The notes beneath the pieces are model-generated. The model did not search any database, had not been told where the DNA came from, and saw only the letters and a list, made by a program, of their open reading frames with translations. A stretch of DNA of 63,736 nt, counting the filler, from Guillardia theta CCMP2712 (taxonomy: Eukaryota; Protista; Cryptophyta), in NCBI RefSeq assembly GCF_000315625.1. It is 4 parts of 4 records of this genome, joined end to end, with 100 filler letters (N's around TTAATTAATTAA, not from the genome) between each part and the next. Parts side by side here need not be neighbours in the genome. Positions count along the whole stretch, not along the records: positions 34,493 to 61,961 come from NW_005434535.1; 3 more parts are not named here. The stretch is one strand, 5' to 3'. The translations under genes and the position numbers were made by a program. Within the stretch, counting starts at the first letter, position 1. Each line of letters opens with the position of its first letter. Positions 48,017-59,109 of the stretch are shown in pieces.

Positions 48017-49017
48017 TTACGGATACATTGGCGTCTGTCCCTCCTCTCCCCTTGGCCCTGCTTCTCCTCCTTCTTCGACAGCGGTCGCATATGCAACAGC
48101 GACTTCTCCAGGGTAAGCCGCTCCCGCTCCTTCTGCTACTGGATACTCTGTCACTCCAATCAGCTCCCTTTGCGGGTACCCTCCGCCCTCGCCCCCCGCC
48201 GGCAGCGTGCCGGCGACCTGAGCGATGGGTACGGCAGGCCGTACTGTCTCAGCTACGATGGTCCTGCTCCCTGCCCACTCATCGGGCTGGCAGCATAGCC
48301 CGCACATGACGATGGAGAAGGCGACCTGGTAGATGGCGAGCACGATGTTGAGGGCTACGATGGCCCACAAGCTGCCCACGTATCTCTTGCAGAATTCAGT
48401 CGTGCTGGCATGCTCCACGTAGTCTGGGAGGGGCAAGAGTCAGGGGAGATAGCGACATGCGAGCGAGTAAGGAGGGAGTGGTGGTGGTGGAGGAAGGGGA
48501 AGCAGAGTCGCTTACCGCAGTAGGCTGAAGTAGTAGACGCAACAACCAGCAGCACGAGGACGCCGATGATAGACAGTACGATTCCCAAGATCAGGCAGCC
48601 AAGATGCATGCCAGCAACAATCTTGTTCTTGTACACGCTCGTAACGATGCCCAAAACCCCGAACACCAGCGGGAAGACAGCAGGCAAGGTTCCCATGAGC
48701 GCCATGGCGAGGAGGAGATCGTTGGCAGACTTCCTGTCCGCCTCACAGTACGAGTAGGAGTAGGACTGCGGGGAGGTGCTGGGAGAGGAGCCTGTGCTGC
48801 TGTATCCTGAGTTGTAGGATGATGAATACCCATCACTGTTGCTGTATCCTCCATTCTGGTAACCATCATTGTTTCCCGTGTAGTAATATGATGATCCCGA
48901 GCAGGTGTTTGGGATCTTGTACGTAGCCGCAACGATCCCAGCGATCAGAAGACCGAGGCCAAACACCATGTTGACGATGGTCAAGGGGATGACAGCGGCG
49001 ATACCACATCTACACAT
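48017..49017 (-). CDS. Four-TM membrane protein, paralogue B (short loop, short tail); intron 48424-48515
   Basis: Same N-terminus (MCRC.IAAV.PL.IVNMV.GLGLLIAGIVAATYKIPNTC), same intron position and same FSIVMCGLCCQP as paralogue A. Confidence 0.75.
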
Positions 49018-49677
49018 GTTGTGTTGGGTCTGGACGATGTTTCTTTCTCTTGAACTTTCTCTGTCTCTCTGTCTGTCACTCTTTGCGCGGACGTAGATAT
49101 TTTCTTGAATTCAATTTTCCTCCAATACCCTAATACCTTACTTCACAAGGTTCTGCCCTTGTCAGAGTCTCCTTTCTCCTCCCCTCCCCTCCCCTCTCCT
49201 TCTCTCCTCCTCTCCTTCTCCTTCTCCTTCTCCTTCTCCTCTCCTCTCCTTCTCCTCTCCTTCTCTCTCCTCTCCTCTCCTCTCCTCTCCTCTCCTCTCC
49301 TCTCCTCTCCTCTCCTCTCCTCTCCTCTTCTCTCTTCTCCTCTCTCCTTTCCTTCTCCTCTCTACTCGTCTTGCTGTGTGACCTCAAGGCTCCAGCAGCA
49401 TAACTTCAGCTTTTTAACTTCTATCCGCCACCTTCATACACCCTACCCTACCGACACTCACCCCCACTATCCCCCTCGTGTACCCCTCCTTTCCCTATGT
49501 TTCATATGGATATCAGGATACAAGTACCCCCTCTTTCACAACCCCCACCCCCTATTCAACTTGTTTCATTTTCTGACCAGATCCGCCCCATGGGCATGCC
49601 GGCTGCTGCTCGCCATGGTTGCTGATCAGTTCGCTCTCAGGGGCCCAGCTGCCATGCAGAAGGCGAAGAGGAGGGTC

Positions 49678-51028
49678 ATGATCGAGAGCACGCCCAAGAC
49701 CTGCCTCCCCCGCTCCCTCCTCTTCCTCTCCATCTTGTCTTCTGTCTCTCTCTCGACCTGCTTCGTTCCCCCGATCAGGGTATGTGGCACCCGGCAACTG
49801 TCAAGGACCTGTCCGATGATAGTGACATCAGCGACGGGGAGGAGAAGAGGATCTTTCTTTGATGCAAGGATGGCTCTGCGAGATGATGGATGGGAGGACG
49901 TGACGGGAGACGGAGGGTGTCTGAAGAGAGTGCTTGAGAAGGGAGTGAAGGGAGAGCGCCCGTTCGCGGGGGACGTTGTCCGGGTGCTGTACTCCTTGTC
50001 AAGCAGCGAGGGGCTGATAGATGAGAGCCTCGACGAGGAGAACGCTTTCGAGTTCGAGCTCGGGCTGGACAAGAGCGATGCCATCCTGGGGTGGGAGACG
50101 GTGATCCCGTGGATGGAGAGGGGGGAGAGAGCGGAGTTTAGGTTCGGGCCGGAGTATGCTTTCGGGAAGCAGGGAGCACCGCCAAGGATCGCACCGGATG
50201 CTGTGGTGGACTGCACCTTGAAGCTCCTGTCCTTCTCCGAGCCCCAGTGGAAGAAGATTTCAAGATCTGGGAACTACACCTCGAGCGACGAGCCGGAGAA
50301 CGAGGTGCTGTGATTGGTAGCTCTGGAGTGGTTGACGAATGACTGCTGCTCGTTGCCTGTCTTGTCATCATGACAGATCTATAACAAGTACACGAAAGAT
50401 CTCGAGAGCGGATCTTCGGTCAAGGACCTCGACATTAAGCAGACTCCGCTCGGAACCGAACGAGAGGTCGACTGCTGTTGTAGAAGCAGCACCAGCTTCT
50501 GCTGCTGCTGCTCAGTGTGATGGAGAAAGATATGACGATGATGATGATGATGATTATAACGGAGATGGAGACTACAGTGGTGATGATAATGATGCTGATA
50601 ATGCAGATCGTGCTTGTGCTTCTGTACTCTCTCTTCGTTCTTGTCCTGCTCGTTTTCCTCCTGACGCCGCATGACTGCAGGTCTATGAGAAAGACGACCC
50701 GAGGCTCAAGAAGTTGACATCGAGGGCACAGAGGGTGAGCGGCAAGTCGCGAGGACACACGTGGAACGAGAACGAGAAGATGATCGACGTCTTCATTGAA
50801 CTGCCGCCAGACGCGACGTCTAAGGATGTGGATGTGACTGTCAGGCAGAGCTACATCAGGGCGACATGCAGGGAGGCGGTTCTGCTGGAGGGAGAGCTGA
50901 AGGGCAACGTGTACGCCACGGACTGCTGCTGGGTTGTGACACAGGAGGGAGGGAAGGATTGCATTCATGTCAACATGGCGAAGCAACCGCCCTCGGACAA
51001 GCTGTGGGGCAGAGTTGTCAAGTCTTGA
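49678..51028 (+). CDS. FKBP-type peptidyl-prolyl isomerase + C-terminal CS (p23/NudC-like) domain, probably plastid-targeted; 3 exons, start uncertain
   Basis: WEDVTGDGGCLKRVLEKG, FEFELG, ILGWE, MERGERAEF, PEYAFGKQGAPPRI; last exon HTWNENEKMIDVFIELP...VLLEGELKGNVYATDCCW...W; signal-like LLFLSILSSVSLSTCF. Confidence 0.85.
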
Positions 51029-51124
51029 AAGTCAAGGTGGAGAGCTGTAGGGAGGGGGGGCGATTGAGGTAGCGTGAAGAGTTTGTTGTCATTTCAACAA
51101 AGCCTCTCTTGTTCTGATTTAAAT

Positions 51125-52029
51125 TTACACGCCACGGAAAGAAACGACGGCGATCGTCCGTGGTGACTCGATTTTTGAACTGCCCAAATGACCTTGGGGC
51201 CGAACAACTTCGCTACGAAGGCGAAGCATTGCGTTGGATCTCATTCTCTTGCACGGAGATCTTTGATCTTTTGTCGCCTTTCTCTTCTCTGTTGTTTCTT
51301 CATCTACAGCACAACTTGCATCAGTATAACACACGTGACACGGCTCATTCATGCTCACCATCGAACTCCTCCTGTTCCTCTGCTGCTGCCTTGCCTTCTG
51401 TGAATCGTCACACTGTCAGTCTACATCTCCATGACCGGATCCGCTCAAACCTTCTTGGGGTTCGGAAACGAGTATGCGAGTATCTCAGCGTTGGTCATGT
51501 TTGGAATGCTGTTGATGATCCGATCCTGTTCCTCGGTCGGGAGATCGGACAATTTGACAAACTTCTTGATGCTTTTCTTCTTCTTCTCAATCTTCTCAAC
51601 GTCGTACGTGGCCGACACCTGAGAAGCAAATTTGTCGCGTTTGTTCTTGCGCTCCTGGTTGTTTTTCCGTGCGCCTCCTCTGAAACTGGATAGAAGAGGG
51701 AGATAGTGGAGGAAGCGGAGGGAGGGAGGGGAGGAGGGGATGGAGGGGATGGATAGCATCGGCGGTAGAAGTGCAGGAGATCTTTTGACGGTATGAAACG
51801 CATTCGGCGGGGGCGCTGAAGGTTCCGTAACATCCGTCCACGGGCATGCGGTACCACGAGCCTTCCCTCCTCCTCCTCCTTGCAGCCTGATCTCCCTGTC
51901 TCCTCCTCCTCCTCCTCCTCCTCCTCCTCCTCCTCCTAGCATTCTGATCTCGCTCTTCGCCATGTTCTCCCCCGTCTCCTTCGTCATCATCATCGCTGCC
52001 ACCATCACCACAGTCGTGGCATACGCCAT
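51125..52029 (-). CDS. Uncharacterised protein, 3 predicted exons
   Basis: ORF 51445-52059 continues through GT-AG introns to TAA at 51125; hydrophobic N-terminus, then LQGG/FRGG motifs and a Lys-rich region. Confidence 0.5.
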
Positions 52030-52260
52030 GCGTCTCCCTGCTTGAGATTTCCACCCCACCCATCCCTTATCGCCAATTCATGGTAAAATATGGGGGTAGT
52101 AGCCCCTGAACACGTGACACAGGAGCAAGCGTGGAAGCAGGAGGTAGACGAGGGAGGAGGAGGAGCAGTAGTAGAGGCAGGAGAAGCAGCAGGAGCAGGA
52201 GCAGACGAGGAAGTGGCAGCGGCAGCGGCAGCAGCAGCAGCGGCGGCAGCAGCAGCAGGC

Positions 52261-53593
52261 ATGATAAGCTTTCAAGTTGCAAGAACCTGGTGTCGAGCGA
52301 GAGTCTTGGGAGGGTGCAAGCTGGTGGCTGGAGGGACGGGAGGACATGGGGGCTGGAGATCGATGTCGACAGAGAGCAGCAGAGCGGCGCTGAGGGATCA
52401 GCTGCATGAGAGCGGATACTGCCTGATACGGGGCTTGATGGGGGCGCAGGCAGCGAGACAGGAGGCGAAGGACCTGCTAGCACGTAAGGACGAAGCCTTC
52501 TCCTTTTCAAGGATGGTGAACATGTGGAACGAGAACCCCGCGAGATTCACAAAGGAGGCGGACAAGAAAATTCTCAAGGACCGTGGGATGAACAAAGTCG
52601 GAAGGATGTTCGACTATCTCCTGCTCAACAAGTCCGGCCCCCTCGTTCGCCTCTTCGAATCCGAGCAGATGCTGAAGCTCGCTAACGAGCTGTACCAGAG
52701 GAGCTCCGACGACAAGCCGCTCCACAGGGCAAAGGACGAGCTGGGAAGGTGCACAGGGCTGCTCCTCCAGAAGCAACAAGCGCTGCCATGGCAGTTTACC
52801 TCCTCCTCCTTGACTGCCTTTCTGTTCCTGCAGGCCAGCGACCAGCCCGACCTTGTCCAGGTGATCCCGCAGGCGCACGAGAGGGTCAAGGAGCAGGATG
52901 AGAAGTTCTTGGACACGCTGACTGACATCGTGGAGCTGTTGGGAGTAGAGATGAACGTGTCGTCGCTTGAAATGTCGATAACATGGGAACAGCTGCTGGA
53001 GGACCTGGATCCTGAATGTGGGCCGGATGTGGAGAGCATGGGGAAGGAGGTGCAGAGCATGCAGGTGAAGGAAGGAGACGTCCTCTTTGTCCGGGGGTCT
53101 TCTGCACTTTTGCGTGAGTTGCTCCTCCTCTTCCTCCTCCTCTTCTTCCTCCATCTCCTCCTCCATCACCTTCCTCCCTCTCCTTCCTGCTTTCTCCCTC
53201 CTCTCACTTGCAGCAGGGACTCGATTTGTGGGAGAGACTCCGCTAGTCGTCGGCTGCCTGAGCTTCGAGGAGGATGCGGAGAAGGTGCTGGGGTCGAGGC
53301 AGAAGGGGAAGGAGTTCGGGCGATGGCGGAGTGACCACAAGGTAGTCAGTGAGGTAGACCACAACGAGGATGCGGCCGCCAAAGTAGTGGTGTACAACAG
53401 GGAGCGGGACGGGGCAGGGGAGGAGCAGGTTGAGTACAGCCTCTCCGAGGATGTTGCTGCGCTGCTGGATAAGATTCAGAACAGTGAGGGGTCGGATGAG
53501 CAGGCAATGAGCTTGTTGGAGTACCTGGAGCAGCAGGAAAAGGCGGAGCAGGAGTTGAAGAAAAGTTCGCAGGAGAGTGGGGAGAGGCCCTGA
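52261..53593 (+). CDS. 2OG-Fe(II) oxygenase-fold (HalD/BesD-like) protein lacking the canonical HxD iron ligands; probable mitochondrial presequence; 1 intron
   Basis: RDQLHESGYCLIRG, GPLVRLF, DELG, LPWQFT (family usually LxWHFD), LFLQ, GDVLFVRG; N-terminus MISFQVARTWCRARVL...RSMST. Confidence 0.55.
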
Positions 53594-53958
53594 GATGGAA
53601 GTGATAGGGGCTGCGGCGAGGAGACAGCGGAGAGGGGGAGGGAGAGGTGGAGTGAGGGTGCGGGGAGAGGTTGGGGTGGGAAGGGGAGGAGAGGGAGAGG
53701 GCAAGGGAGGGAGGGAGGGGGGGAAGGGGGGGAGATGGAGAACGAAGGGAGCTGGTAGCCGAGGGCGAAGGAGGGAGGAGATGGGAGAGTTTCAATCTTT
53801 ATCGGCAAGCCTCTCCCTTCTCTTCTTGCGAGACTTCAGCTGGAGGTTGGCTGTTCTCTTGCGCGCCTGCGATCAAGTTTGAGGACCAAGGGGAAAGCTG
53901 AGCGGGGGAAAGAGCAAGAGAGAGTTCGTGGACGCCATGATGTTGACGATGACGTTGC

Positions 53959-53991
<33 letters not shown>

Positions 53992-54107
53992 GGAGGAGGA
54001 GGAGGAGGTAGAGGAAGAGGAGGAGGGTCAGGATAGGTGACCCACCCAGTCCTTCTGTAGATATCTTACGTCCAACTTGCCCGTGTAAAACTTTCAAAAC
54101 AGGTCTC

Positions 54108-54555
54108 TCAGTTCGTCTTGACCAAGGACCCTCTTCGATCTCTTTTCCGCGCTCCCCTCCTCCTCACGCTTCCCCTGTGTCCTCCTCCTCCTCCTCCTCC
54201 TCCTCCTCCTCCTCCTCCTCCTCCTCCTCCACCACCCTTTCTCCCTCCCCTCTTTGTCCTCCTCCTCCTCCTCCTCCTCTCACCTTGTTCAGATATCGAT
54301 ATAGTTCCAACTTTCCCGCCATGTGCGCCAGACCCCGAGGACAGCGTCCGTCGCAATTCCTGTCAGATACTCAACCTTTCTCCTTGCCCCCCTTTACACT
54401 CGCAGTCCTCCTTGTTGTCGCCATGTGCCCTGCCTGCCTGCCTGCCTGCCTGCCTTTTGCTGCTGCTGCTGCTGCTCCGCCACCCCAACTCCACATACCG
54501 TAGCAGCAGCAGCAGCAGCAGCAGCAAATCTATTCCTTCCCTCCTACAAAGTTTC

Positions 54556-54627
<72 letters not shown>

Positions 54628-56757
54628 CCTACCTGACGTTCAAGTCGGCGCCAAAGATCAGCAGCATCCTCGCTATGTACGTCGCTCCCTGCCGCCACCT
54701 CAGCAGTTCCCTAGCAGGGAGCTCAGCTTGCCGTCGTCGCTGCTGCATGCAGAGGCGTCTCGAGCCTCGTTGATCGCACGTTGACATCGGCCCCATGCTC
54801 GATGAGCAGCTGCGCCGCACCCCCGTACTGCCTCCGAACCTGAGACGAGAGGATGAGGATGATGATGAGGAGGTGGAGGAAGGGGAAGAGGAGAGAGGAA
54901 CGGAAACGAAGAAGATAAGGAGGAGAGCAGAAGGACGAGCCGATTGATAGAAGAGAAGGAGAAGGTTGGCAGACGGGGGAGGCGTGTGGGGGGGGTAATG
55001 AAAGAGGAAGAGGAAATGATGGGTTATGATGTGAGGGTCGACAGGGGAGGATGGGAGGGGGATGCCGAGGAGCAGGGGGAAGGGGGAAGGAGGAGAAGGG
55101 AAGGAGGAGGAAAACGAGGAGAACGAGGAGGAGGCGGAGAAGGAGAGGGAACGAGGAGGAGGGGGAAGAGGGGGACAAAGCACCGCGGAATGGAGAGGAG
55201 TTTCCCCGTGTTGTCCAAACGCCTTAGCCATGGGATCTGCTCCGCTCTTCAACAAGACGCCCACAGCCCTACCGACCAGTCATTCTCCTCCTCCTCATCC
55301 TCCTCCTCCTCCTCCTCCTCCCCCTCCCCCACCCTCCTCAATCACCCTAGTCTTCCTCTCGAAGCAGCTTTGTGCAGTGGCGTCTTGCCAACGTCATCCG
55401 GCTGGTTGACCTTCGCGCCCATCCTGCCCGAGAGCGATCACCATGACATAAAATCAACACAAACTCCTCCTTGTTCCCCTCTACTCCTCCTCCTCCTTCT
55501 GCAGGACTCTAGCCCCTGCTCATGCACCTGCTCCTTACTCAATGTCTTTCTCTTCGTCTTGTCCCCCTGCCACTCTGTCCTCCTCATCGTCGTCTCCTCA
55601 TCTTCCTCCTCCTCCTCCCGCCCCCGTTTCCCTTTCTTCTCTCACCCTAAGAGAATTCGTATCATAGAAGAGTCTCCCTGGTGGGCCGCAAGATGCAGAG
55701 GCGTCTTGCCTGCTCGAGGACTTGAGGAGCGGAAAGGTTGAGGGAGACAGGAGACGGAAACAGGAGAGAGTATGCACGGAGAGAGTCGGGGCGCACGGAC
55801 AGTGACAGGGTGAGGAGAAGAAGGGAAGAAGGCAGGGAGGGGAGGGGAAGGGAGGGATAGGAGGAGAGGAGAGGGAAGGGGAGAGGAGGGGAGGGGAGGG
55901 GAGGGAGGAGAGGACCGGGGAGGGAAGGGCAGTGGGGGAGAGAAGAGAAAGAGGTGACAGCGAGAGCAGGAGGAGGTACCAGAGAAGTTATCCTCGAACC
56001 TCGTGTGAGGCCCAAGGTGCTTTAGGGAGAAGCAGACGCATGCCCCTGCCCGGTAGCTCTCCTCCAACAGCTCGCAGTCTCCCGTCGCCACCGCCTTCCA
56101 TACCCTCCGATGCAGCTCCAAGTTGTATGCTCCATCCCCCATCACCTGGTCTTGGACCTTGTTAGACTCATGCTTCCTCCCCCTTCCAACCCTCCTGCTC
56201 TACCTTCTCCTTCTGCACCCCCTCCTCCTCCCTCCTCCCTCCTCCCTCCTCCCTCCTCCTTCTGCACCCCCTCCTCCTCCCTCCACCCTCCTCCCTCCTC
56301 CTTCTGCACCCTCTCCTCCTCCCTCCTCCCTCCTCCCTCCTCCTTCTGCACCATCTCCTCCTCTCCTCTCTCTTCCTCCCTCTTGATCCTGACTCCCTCT
56401 CCCGCCAACCCTCCACCTGAAACCCTCCACCCTCCTCGCTCCTCCTTCCCTCCTCCTCCTCCCTCGTATTCGCCCTTCTGCTCCTGCTCTTGTTCTTGCT
56501 TCTCCTCACCTATGAAAAGTCCAAGTTTCTTTTGCATCCTTGTGAAAGTCTCAGTCAGTGTCGGGGAGAACACGAGCTTGTTCAGTGACTCGGATATTGT
56601 TGTGTTCGACTTGGGAGGAGGAAACTTGTTTTGTCCCTCCCTCTCCTCCTTCTCCCTCTCCTCCTTCTCCAGTCGTTTGCTCTGTTGCAGACGCTCTAGC
56701 AACTTAAACTCCGAGACCCTACCAAAGGAAACCTTGTACCTTCCCACCTGCTCCTCT

Positions 56758-56818
<61 letters not shown>

Positions 56819-57182
56819 CCTGCTCCTCCTGCTCCGCTTCCTCCTCCCTCTCTAGCATCGCCTGTCTTGACTCCGCAAGTTCCCTGTAGGTGACGTTGTG
56901 GAGAGAGAGCGTGACATTTCGCTTCTTTGCCATCTCCATTGTCTGTAGGACCAGCTCCTTCAGCGGCGTCGGCTGCCGCTTCCCCAAATAGAAGAAGCAT
57001 CCTCCCCGCAACCGAAGTGAAACCAGTCCATCTTGGCTCCTCTGAGCCCCAGGTGAGTTCAGCCAAGAAGGAGTAGAGGACTTTGCTTGCATCTTTGCAG
57101 AGGGAGCGATCTTGTTGTCCAGAGTGAAATGCCTGGCAAACTAGGAAAGCATCGTCATTTTCATCCCCATCGCCAAGGTCGG

Positions 57183-57214
<32 letters not shown>

Positions 57215-57436
57215 CTCCATCTTCATCATCATCATCGTCTCCATCATCATCTCCGTCGTCGTCGTCATTATCATCACCACCACCATCATCCGACTTTGTT
57301 GATCCTCTCAGCACAATACAGAAGCAACGAAGGAAACCTGTTCATTGCCCGCCGAGACATCCTGGCAGCATGTCTTCTTCCCTCCAATCATCTTCATCAG
57401 CAGCAAGGCTGCCCACAGCAATGTTGTTGTCTTCAT
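54108..57436 (-). CDS. Ankyrin-repeat protein with signal peptide and LRLRGG motif, multi-exon; ends approximate
   Basis: GKTPLHLAAHQG, GAKVNQPDDVGKTPLHKAA, GADPMAKAFGQHGETPLHSA, LLIEHGADVNVRSTRLETPLHAA, LLIFGADLNVR; exon 1 MKTTTLLWAALLLM. Confidence 0.8.
56220..56362. repeat. ~39-bp CT-rich intronic minisatellite
   Basis: Repeated ctccctcctccttctgcacc cores. Confidence 0.8.
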
Positions 57437-59109
57437 GCTCCTCCTCTTCATCTTCATCTTCTCCATCTTCTTCATCTTCTACATCTCAGGCTCCGGCATT
57501 GTACCCACGGCAGCCCACGGCAGAGCCCACGGTCGCATCGTCGTCCTGTATGAGTCCATGAGAAACCAGGGGTGGTAGGTATTACCGGTCATATCTATGT
57601 CCCCCACAAACCAAGGTAAAGGGTAGGGTACTTTCTGGAATGTTCTGCAAGTAGGGGAGACAGCCTGGATGACATAAACACCTTGAGGGAAGGGTGGGGA
57701 AGTCGGTCAGGGCTTGAAGGTAGGTGGGGTGTTGGATAAAGGGGTGGGTCTTAAGAAGGAAAAGCAGGGGTGAGTTGGAGGAGGTGTAGGGGTAGGGGTA
57801 ATTTTCAATAGGGGTAGGTGGTAGGGGTAGTTGGGGAAAAGGCGACACGTGATGGAGGCGAAGCCGAAGCGCGGGGACGCCTTGGCGATCAGGTGAAGGA
57901 GGAGGTGAGGGAGGAGGAAGAGAGAGTACAGGATGAAGATGAAGATGAAGATGACGATGATGATGAGGAGGAGGAGGAGGACAAGGAGAGCGAGGAGAAC
58001 ATGGCCGAAGGAGAGGAGAGAATTTGCCAAATGACCCGAGGATTGCGAGGGAAGTGAACTGGCTGGGTAATATATATCTGAGGGCGGAGAGGAAGGGAGG
58101 AGTAGGATTGGAGGACAAGGACGAAGATGCATGAGCAGAGAAGGGTAAGATGAAGAATGTATTGTAGCTAGAGCCTTGACTCGTAAGGAGAACTCGTTGC
58201 GACAAGCGCAGGGAAACTAGGACGAGGAAGAGGACGGGGACGGGGACGACGATGGTGGGAAGGAGATAGATGAGAAAACTCAAGGTGAAGAGGAGAAGGG
58301 AGGGAGGAGGAGAGGGGTGAAGACGGCAGGAATGGAAGAAGTGTGCGATACGTAAATCGCCCCTTGTTTGCCTATGTGTTTGTGTATTTTTGACACTTGC
58401 CATCAGAGAAATGAAACTACATACAACACAATGAGGACATACTGAAGACATTGCTGAAGACACAACAAGCACACTCTCTCCTCACTGACGCTCCTCACTG
58501 AGACAGATGTGTCTAGGGAATATTAGGGAGAGCAAGCGAAGTTGTCTGTTCCTTTGAATTCAGAGAGGAGGAATTAGATTGTTCCTGAGAACCAGCAGAA
58601 GAGATTAAGAGGAAGCGCAGGATATTGAAGGAGGACGGCAGAGGTAGATGAGGGGAGAGGAGGAGGAATCACTGAAAAGAATCTCCGAGAAGGAAAGCAG
58701 GAGGAGATAGAAACGATTAAGGAGGGAGATGCTACATGTGCTGAAGTCAAAGGAGGAGGGAAAAGATGGTGTGCTGGTAGACAAGCATGCAGAAGTGTGA
58801 AGATATCTTACCACACATGTCGTACTACTCCAATATGTCGGACCTGTACTTGTTTATGATTAATCTGGACTATGACTCTTTACGTTTGATGTTGACTGTG
58901 ATTTATCAATCGTATGATATTGACTGTGATTTATCATTTGTTCTTGAATTTCTTTTGCGCTGTTCCTTGCCTGTTGATCGTCCCTCCTTCTCCTTTCTCC
59001 CCCCCTTCTCCCTCTCCCTCCCTTTCTCCCTCATCCTCCCTTCTCATCCTCTCGATCTTTCGATCATTTTTCAAGTCATTTTCTCGTCTCGCTTCTCATG
59101 TTGCTTGCA

